From: Chrysomallon squamiferum
Taxonomy: Eukaryota; Animalia; Mollusca
Assembly (NCBI GenBank): GCA_012295275.1
Contig: CM022670.1
Span: forward strand, 30,380,001 to 30,444,000
Length of the DNA: 64,000 nt
Direction of reading: 5' to 3'
Below the pieces are notes generated by a model. That model did no database searches and was not told the origin of the DNA. It saw only the letters and a program-made list of their open reading frames with translations. Every line of letters begins with the position of its first letter. Position 1 is the first letter of the stretch. Below are positions 54,901-64,000 of this stretch, in pieces. The position numbers and the translations under genes were made by a program.

Positions 54901-55621
54901 AACAACAAAAGAGTAGAGCATAAAAATATCAGTCACCATAGTCATGTTATCTGTCACTGAACAGGTAATATGGCAGCAGTTAAATGTTTTGAAACAGTAT
55001 TTTTTAATGTCATGCTTTGCTTTGAGCAATTAGAGATTACCCAAAACAATAAAATAATCATATTAAAGTATAATTTTTTTTTATTAGACTATTTATTCAT
55101 GCTGCCACAGGTAACCTTTAAGACATACATAAATAAATATTATCAATTTTATGGAGTATTTAAAACAAATGAAATTTAAATTATTATGTATATAATTAAT
55201 ATTATTAGTATGTCCTAATGTGTGTAAAACAAATGAAATTTAAATTATCATGATGTATATAACAAAATATTATCATTTTTTTGATACGTATAACAAAATA
55301 TTATCAATATATTTTGATGTGTGTAAAACAAAAGAAATTTAATTTTACCTGCTGGACCTTGTAGTGCCCGCTGCATGTCCATAGGCATGTTAACCAGTTG
55401 TTCCTGTGTAAAGTTCTGCAGATTCATGGGCAGTCTTTGAGCCTGCATGGCACCCATGCGACAGCTGTTCATGTTGGTATACATGTTGGTGTGATAGAAC
55501 ATGTTCCTCTGGAACTGCTGGCCACTGTTCTGCATATCTTGAAAATAAAAATAAAAATATAGAATATCCATTTACACAATTCTGCAATAAGCATAGAAAT
55601 TAAATTATTATACCCCCTCAG

Positions 55622-55657
<36 letters not shown>

Positions 55658-58137
55658 ATTAATAAATAAATAAACAAATAAAAATACTAATTAAAAAAAA
55701 TCATGTCATTGTAAAACCAACCAGTTTACTTGTACTATAATATTTATTTAATCTGTTTATCAGAATAATGCTTAAAAGATTTTTTTAAATAAAATAAATT
55801 TATTAATATATTGTATTATAGCACATAACTATTTAATTATTTTGAGTATGCAGGTCAGTGAAGAGAAATACCAAAGCAATGAGTTAGCTGCTCTTGTGTT
55901 ACAGTAAATGCTTATTGTTATTTAAAAATTGTGTTGAAATAGTAAAACTGATAAAAAAAAGATTTTAATCTCCTATGAATGGTCATCATATTTTTAGTAA
56001 TTCTAAATTTACAGTATATGTCGTTGTGATAGAGAATCATACAAAACGCAAAAACTGAAAAGGAAAGACAGATTGAAAGAAAGATGCTGTGGAGAGAGAC
56101 AGCGAGGTGATGACAGAGACAAAGAAACCTTGTGAAGAGAGAGACAATGACATGACATAATTAGGCAAACAAAACAAAAAATGACTCAATGTGTGTCTAA
56201 TAGTGAAAGTAAGAAAATTAAAATTAAAAAGATAAGAAAAACAGGCATAAACACAATAATGAAGACATAAAAAACAAAATGAAGCAGATTAAAAACAAAA
56301 CTAAGTATATAATAGAATTTGGAGGCTACAGGAAATGAAAGAAAGGTGCAGAAAGACTAAGAAAAAGGTGAAACACAATCAGTTAACTGAGATAGAAACA
56401 GGCTAAAAGAGATAATAAGATAAAAAGAACAGAAACAACTTACCTTGTATCTGACCATTTGAATAGCCATGATATGAACCACTTGGATAGGGAGCCATCT
56501 GCATTCCAACCATGTTGAAACCACGCCTGGGAATGGAGGGCAGTGGTCGGCCAGGACTCAACATGTTCTGCTGAGGTGCTGGGGAATATCCACCCATACT
56601 GTAATAATAATAATAATAATAATAGTAAAAACAACAACAATAGATTTAGCAGAAGTAGTAGTAGTAGTAGTAGTAATATGTTTAGTAATAGTAATAAAAA
56701 TATTAACAGTAACAGCAGTAGGAGCAGGAAAAGCAATTGTAGTAGTAGTAATACTGATGATGAAGATTATAACAATGACAAAACAATAAATAATAATAAT
56801 AATAATAACAACAGCAACAACAACACAATAACAGCAATAGTATTAGCAGAAGTAATGGTAATGGTAGTAGTAGTAGTAATACTGATGATGATGATTATAA
56901 CAAAGCTAAACAATAATGATGATATAATAATGATGATGATGATGGTGATGAAGATATGCTGATGATAATGCTAATGACAATAAGTAGAACAAACAGTTAA
57001 AACAGTTAAATGATACTGAACTAAAATTTTAACATTATTACTCAATTAAAAGTTATTTAAATTGGAATGAAAAACAATAATTGTATTAATAAATTACATA
57101 GTGTCATTTAATGATGAACTCCATGAAAATAATCTAAAAAAAAAAACAACTAATAAAAACATTATTTTTTTTAATGTTTCCTTATGTCAAAGAATTTGAA
57201 ATTTAAATGTAAAATTCACCTTTCATTGGCCTCCTCAACAATGCTCAAACCTCCGGCATTCATGGGGCTGCCCTGCATGCTAACTGGTGATTGGTGATTG
57301 CTCAAACTAGAGGCTGGACCATTTGCTGTACCACAACGACTTGAATGAGAACTTGAAAATGTGAAAGCTGGATATTGTAAAAAAAAAAAAGAAGACAAAA
57401 CATATTAACATAATTATGACAATAGAAATATCTATATGTATTAATGCTATATATTTTTACAAAGCTGTCCAGTTAAAACATTATGATTAAAACTAGAATA
57501 AATAAATAAATAAGTTTGTCAATCTATATCTTAGTTTTTTATTCTGAAGAAAAATGTATGCCTCATAATTTAATTCAGAGAAAAGAAAGGAAAGTGGCAT
57601 AAACTGTATGGAAAGACTTAGCTCTGTGCAAAGGTATTTTCATGAAGTGCATTTAATTTAAGATCAATCCATGTCAGAAATAAGGTGAGATCATTTTACT
57701 GTTCCAGTCTAGACTCTCCCACTTGTATAAGAAAGACTGTGGTATGTACCATCCCGTGTCAGAAGGTGAATAAAAATATCTCCAGTTGCTAACTGATAAA
57801 GATTATCACGATGCATGTATTCATGGCCTTACATAAAATTTATAAAACATATAACCTTAGATTAAAATGAGTTTCTAACTATTTCCTTATTATAAAACTG
57901 TGAATGAAAGATTTATCAGACTGCTAATTTGTAGTTATAATGTATATGTAATGTGTGGTAAATTTGGTCCGGGTGCAAAAGATCAAGAAAATGCCACAGT
58001 TATCACCCACTCCAGTTGTTACTGATGACAGAGATAAAATATCTGTAACAAATATTATTTTAATTACTTAATCTTTACAGTTAGCAAATCCATTTTATTC
58101 TTGTCTCAGTATGTTTGATCTTCTTTCTCAGTGACTG

Positions 58138-58233
<96 letters not shown>

Positions 58234-59535
58234 ATATATATATATATATTTATATATCTGTCTATCTTTTAATAAATTATATTACATTATGTCCACCCAT
58301 GTAGTGCATGCATGTCTGTCAAATATATTTCTGACACATGACATGTGTCTATTGATAATTTTTTCTGATAAAGGAAATAAAAATGTTATTTGTTAAATAC
58401 ATGACTAAATCAGTTTAATTAAAATGTTGATAATCTCATTCCAAATCACTTTGTGCTGGCTCTATTTTAACATCTTAACCTTACATTACTTTTAAGCTGC
58501 AATGTCATACATTTTGAATATAACTGATAAAGGTATAAACTGAAGATTAAAGTATGATACAATTAATTTCTAACAACAGCTCAACACCATTTTAATGTCA
58601 GCTATTATTATGTGTCCAATTACAGGTGGTACTTCTCAATACCAGACCCTCACTAAATTCGAATTCACCAAATAATTCTTGCCACTTCCATGATTTTTGA
58701 TTACTGAAACATGAAACATTAATGAACCAAACATCCTTCCAAATTGAATTTTTCACTTTGTAGATTATGTTCAGTTTTTAAAAATGTACCTGCATATTGA
58801 TATGTCTGAAAGAGGACACTTGCTGCTATTATTATGAGGATAACTATTATAAGAAAGCATGTGCTGTGCTTTTGTTAAACTAATCACTGATTAAACTGGA
58901 AATAACACTAAAGATCTATGCAGCAGGATTGATCATACACACTATCATATGTCAACCCAGTATTCTAACCAGTAAACTCAAAAACGGAAGTAAGTCTCTT
59001 TATATCCATGCAAAATCCAATTACTTAATCATTATAACAATATCATTCAATTTTTTAAATTATAATATAAACTATATCCAAATTTAACATAACTTATCTG
59101 ATTTATTTTTGTATCATCTTTTTCTGTGGCATTCTTACATTTCATAAATATAAACTCTTTAAATGTATCCTGACCTGCCCACGTATGTATTCTCACTACA
59201 GAAAATTTGTATCACTTGCCTTTCCAATATCTTTCAAATATTTCAATATTATTATGTAATGATCTTGTCAATTCTGCACTCAGTATTGGACAATACTTAA
59301 TTTTATATCACTTAATATTCTGGCTTAATATTTGCCTCTCAGTGTTCTTATTATATTGAAAAGCCTGCCCTTCTTGAGAGTGCCAATATCTTGATCAGTG
59401 TTATAATTCAAATTCAGACAACAGATGGTCCATTCTCCTAGCTACCAGTGAATGTTATTTGCTGTCTTTTTCACTTAGCTGGTTTTGATTTTCAAACCTC
59501 TTGAAGTACAAGAACTGACATACATATACTTTTAA

Positions 59536-59569
<34 letters not shown>

Positions 59570-61318
59570 ACCTACATAAACACAGATATACACACATACA
59601 TACTAAGATACAAATATACACAAACACATGCATATATACATACACAGTCATAACACACATACATACACAAGCACATAAAAATGTTATCGTGTGTGCCAAC
59701 CTGCTGTCTCTTAGTCAGAGTAACCCTGGGTTTTCAATCAAATTTATATTATATATTATAGTGATTGAATATGTTGTTGTTAAATAAAATATACTTTTAA
59801 TCAATTCATCAATAATTAATTAATTAATACTATCATTTACAACTATCCAATTAGAGTTTAAAACGGATGCATGTTTGAGGGTGGTTTTTTTTTTTTGTGT
59901 GTGTGTGTGTGTTTAAAAAAGTGAAAGAGGAGACGGAAAAGAAAAGCTATGAGAAAGAATATATGATTTAGTCAATTTATTTTTAACTAATAAATGAGTG
60001 AAGAAGAGAAGGAAAAACAGCAACAAAAAAATGTACAGAATGGTTCTGTTACTCAAAAAATGTGAAAGAGGCCTGTAATAAATATCCTTGTAAAATGCCT
60101 GTTAAAGTTTGTGAACTTCTGTGATAGCCATAACATGATTACAAATGTTTGTGTTGTGACAAAAGTAAACAAACAGTGTTTGTATGTCATCTAATAACAA
60201 CACCGTTATCAGAGAAACTCCATTGTTTGTTCAAGTCTGACTAAGCTCTTTTCTTTCTCAGCTTTTGTTGTGAAGACACTTAACACATAATTTCAAACCA
60301 TAAACATAAAACAAGATGATATCAAGTTTTGCAAATTAGAAGACAGTTCATATCCTGTTTACCAGAGATGAACTGTTAGAAAGTAATTTAAAATTGTTTT
60401 AACACTGAAGTGTACAGTATCTTTACAGTATCATCTAATTCAATTTACCTGCAGCAGTGGTAATTTTTTTATATATTTTTTTAACATCAGGACAAAAAAA
60501 ATGTCAACATTTAATTCAGAGTACCCATAACATCAGTAATTTTAAATCAAGTTGTTTTAATATTATAGAGTACAACATTAAGATAAAAGAGAATAACATT
60601 TTATTCAAATTAATCATTTTAAATTAAGTTGTTTTATTATTGTTATAATTTCAAGACTAAAGGTGGATGATCTTTAATTTGATTTATCCATAGCATCAAG
60701 TTATTTTAACAGTGTTTTAAAATCAAGACAAAAGGAGGGCAACATTTAATTAAGCATACCCATAATGGCAGTAACTTTAAATCAAAGATTGCTTTAATAT
60801 TGTAGAGTAAAGCATTAAGACAGAAGGAGGATAATATTTAATTCAGTTTACCAATAGAATTAATAATTTTAAATTCAAGTTGTTTTAAAGATATAATATG
60901 AAATATAATTTAAAAAATCACAGGAAGCATATAAAGAGAAATTAAGTCATAAAATTTAAAAACTAATTAGAAAATGTTAAGTTGCAACCAGTATTCTGTT
61001 CTAGCTAAATAAGATAAATCAAAAACTTACTTTATTGTCATTATTAAGTTGCGACCCTGTCAGTATGAATTTACTATACTGAAGACAGTATGAATTTGCC
61101 ACAATGTCATTATGAATTATCAACATTATCATTACAAATCTGGCACATCATTACTACAAATCTGCCATAGTTTCATTATGAGATTGTCACCATGGCAGTA
61201 TGAATCTGCAACTTTTAACTAATGGTCAGACACAGAAGATAAAAAAAGATATTTATGTTCATAAATAAAATAATGAATATGTAATTAAAAATACATGTCT
61301 GGGCATTTATTAGACACA

Positions 61319-61353
<35 letters not shown>

Positions 61354-61594
61354 TTTTTTTTTTTATTTAATCTTAAATATAATCAAAACAATATAATAAA
61401 TATCAGTTATTGTTTTGGTTAAGCATGTTCCAAAAAGTTCAAATTGTTTTATTATTATTAATATCATCATGATCAGCATCATACTTATCATATGTATTTT
61501 TAATATTCTGCTATATATTAACTTCTAGTGAGAAATTTAATTAAAACACACTAGGATAGCTAATCTATTGAGCCTGCTACAAGACGACTTTTCA

Positions 61595-61648
<54 letters not shown>

Positions 61649-61830
61649 TAATAAATAAAACTATTAAAAGAGAAATATAATTAAAACTACATACTTGGGT
61701 AGATATCAGATGCTGTGTGAGGTGATCGACCTAGCCCACTGTCTGTGTGCTCCATTGGTGAACCATCAGGATGGAGTTGTTGAATTGTCAGACAGTCATT
61801 CAGGATATCTGGACAGTCTTCTTTTTTCAG
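51954..61830 (-). CDS. 3' portion of an unidentified gene with a low-complexity Q/M/N/P/S-rich C-terminus (regulator-like); 5' end not resolved
   Basis: Phase-consistent exons 61830-61695 (LKKEDCPDILNDCLTIQQLHPDGSPMEHTDSGLGRSP...), 57367-57220, 56598-56444, 55537-55349 and 52111-51954 (...SRLSAVYAADGST*). Confidence 0.8.
56601..56980. repeat. Mosaic trinucleotide microsatellite (AAT/AGT/AAC/ATG)
   Basis: Intronic patchwork of triplet runs. The poly-N and poly-L ORFs here are artefacts. Confidence 0.9.
57612..57880 (+). mobile_element. Degraded tRNA-derived SINE remnant
   Basis: gacttagctc (A-box-like head), gttccagtc, aagactgtggtatgtaccatcc and ttgctaact resemble the gastropod SINE conserved domain. 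This is recalled similarity, not searched. Confidence 0.5.
58143..58258. repeat. (CT)n followed by (AT)n microsatellite
   Basis: Long perfect CT run. Confidence 0.95.
60490..60890. repeat. Degenerate tandem repeat, ~5 units
   Basis: Recurring aacattt(a/t)att...cc(c)ata...tttaaa(a/t)tcaag(ttg)ttttaa units. Confidence 0.7.
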
Positions 61831-64000
61831 CTGAAAAAAGATAAGTACAAGATTTCTAAATAAATTAATTTTTATAATTTCATCTCAGTTAAACCAACAC
61901 ATCTACTGTGAATCTATTGTAAATGTCACTCATATTACACTTTTGTATTACTATTTTCTATTTATTTATTTATTGACTTTTTGTTCTTTTTATTTATTTA
62001 TTTATTTATTTATTTATTACTGTTTTCCTTAATTATCTGAATAAAATTTAAAAATAAATTATGTGTTTATTCTTTTATTAAAAATCATAAGGGTCTAATT
62101 AATTAGAAATATAAAAACAATTTTATATCAGTGTAGGTGGCTTAGTTAAACACTGTTATATCATCAAGGAAAGAATGTTTAGGAAGCTATAATATAATTT
62201 TATTCTAATGATCGTGTTAGTTATAAAAATAAAAAGAATAAAAAGCTTACCCCGTCACATCCACACACAGAAAGAGACAAACACACATTCACAGATACAA
62301 AATACACACACACACACACAAACACAAAAATAAATACATGCATACACAAACACACATGTTAAAATTATGTGTAAGAAAAAAAAAAATACACAAAAAAAAA
62401 AAAAAAAAAAAAAAGAAATATTAAACATTTATGGTAGCAATAATTTTGCACAATCCACAATAAAATGTTCAAATGATATAGTTTATTACTGTTTGTCTTA
62501 CCAGCAGTGCAGCATAACCCTAATGAAATCGCAAACTGATTTTAAGCAACAAACATTTATCTTCTTCTTTTTTTATCTTTTTTATTTTTAATTTCAGTAA
62601 CCAAAATCTATATGAAAAACAGAAAAAATAATATAGGAAAAAGAAACTTTACAAATTTTTAAATTTATGAATATACTCTTGTGTATGATATAAAACCTGT
62701 TACATTCAGATATACATTGTTATATGATATGAATTTAAAGAAACCATTATTCATTCTAGAATTTATCTTATCACCAAAAATATTAATTATTAAAATGAAA
62801 TAAAGAATAAAAAGTTTACTGCTTAAAACGTCTTTAATATAATGAATTACAATCTGGGTGGTTGGATCAGATAGAAACAACCATCTTTCTTTATCATTTG
62901 AAGTTTAACTATTAAACAAAATAAAAATGAAAAACATTGATGAAATCTTCTTCACCATAATGAATTAAAAATTGAGTGGCTGGCTGTCAAATAACAATAG
63001 TTTGAATAATAAGAACCATCTTTTTTCTCTATAATTATGAAAATTAATTATTAAAACAAATTATATTGTTAAAAAATTCTTTGCTATACTAAAATAAAGA
63101 CTGTATGGTTTGGATTAATATCTTTCTTTCTGTTAAATGAAGATTCATTATTAGACAAATAAATAAGAAGTTATTATTGAAAAATCCTTTACACAATGAA
63201 CAACAGTTTTTCTTTTAATAGCCACAATCTTTCTTTTTTCTTAGAGTACATTATAAAGACATGCTTAAAAGCACTTTGATCTTATAGAAAAAGTTCTTGA
63301 TAAAAAATACAAGAAACAAGCATGTGTAACTGAGAATGGTAAATTCTGTGAACATGACATAAACATAGATAAAAACCTATATCATACCTATACTGCATGG
63401 TTTCAACAACACTTGACTGTTTGTTCTTTCAACACAAGAGTGGGTACCAGGGTGAGTCATGATGTAAGTTTTTTAATCAGCCAGCCTTGCCAAATTTTAT
63501 GTCACTTTTCTTTAAGTGTTTGTGTGAGTGTGTGTATGTGTGTATGTATGTATGTGTTTGTTTGTGTGTATGTATGTGTTTGTTTGTGTGTGTGTGTGTG
63601 TGTATGTGCACTTCTTATAACTTCACTGGAGTAAATTAAAAATGTCACAAAATAAAAATATAAATAAATAAATAACATAAAATAAATCATATCATTAATG
63701 TCTTTAAATTTTGTTTAAGGTACATTCACACAAAATAACAAGTTACACAAAATTATCACTTGTGGTTCAACAGTGCTGTGAGAATACACAGATCATGAGA
63801 TTAATGTTGTGATATCACTGTTCTCTTTGTATGTTATGTGTTATCACAGCTGGTATTATAAATCACATAGTGTGAACATACCTTAAGCAAAAAGTAACAA
63901 AACAACACTTTAATGTAATTTTGGGGGAAAAGTAATATAAATCAAAGATGTCTATCTATAAATCATTTTTTGCTTCATTAGGTTATATCTGAAACAGATT

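Overview
Very AT-rich, microsatellite-rich animal genomic DNA with GT-AG spliceosomal introns. It is probably a gastropod mollusc, inferred from remembered resemblance to SINE remnants and not searched. Most track ORFs are microsatellite artefacts, so the real genes were rebuilt exon by exon with phase checks. (1) A decayed minus-strand gene (~2.1-5.7 kb) has a large exon split by a degraded Mutator/MULE transposon. (2) An 11-exon plus-strand coiled-coil/acidic protein of unknown family lies at 6415-11490. (3) A complete 14-coding-exon ZYG11 (CUL2-ElonginBC substrate receptor) lies on the minus strand at 16694-27480. (4) An orphan Cys/basic-cluster protein (minus, 29639-31851) sits head-to-head with (5) an intron-poor cyclic-nucleotide-gated channel alpha subunit (plus, 33898-37802); the shared promoter carries two pairs of CRE-type sites. 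(6) TAX1BP3/TIP-1, a single-PDZ protein, lies at 39438-41771. (7) The 3' part of a minus-strand gene with a Q/M/N/P-rich C-terminus runs from 51954 to beyond 61830. The most notable observations are the CpG-rich, CRE-flanked orphan+CNG divergent pair with an unusual AIGD pore and His-rich 9-mer tail, a recurrent pattern of tandem duplications anchored on splice sites (some creating candidate poison or micro-exons), and the reconstructable MULE-interrupted pseudo-exon.
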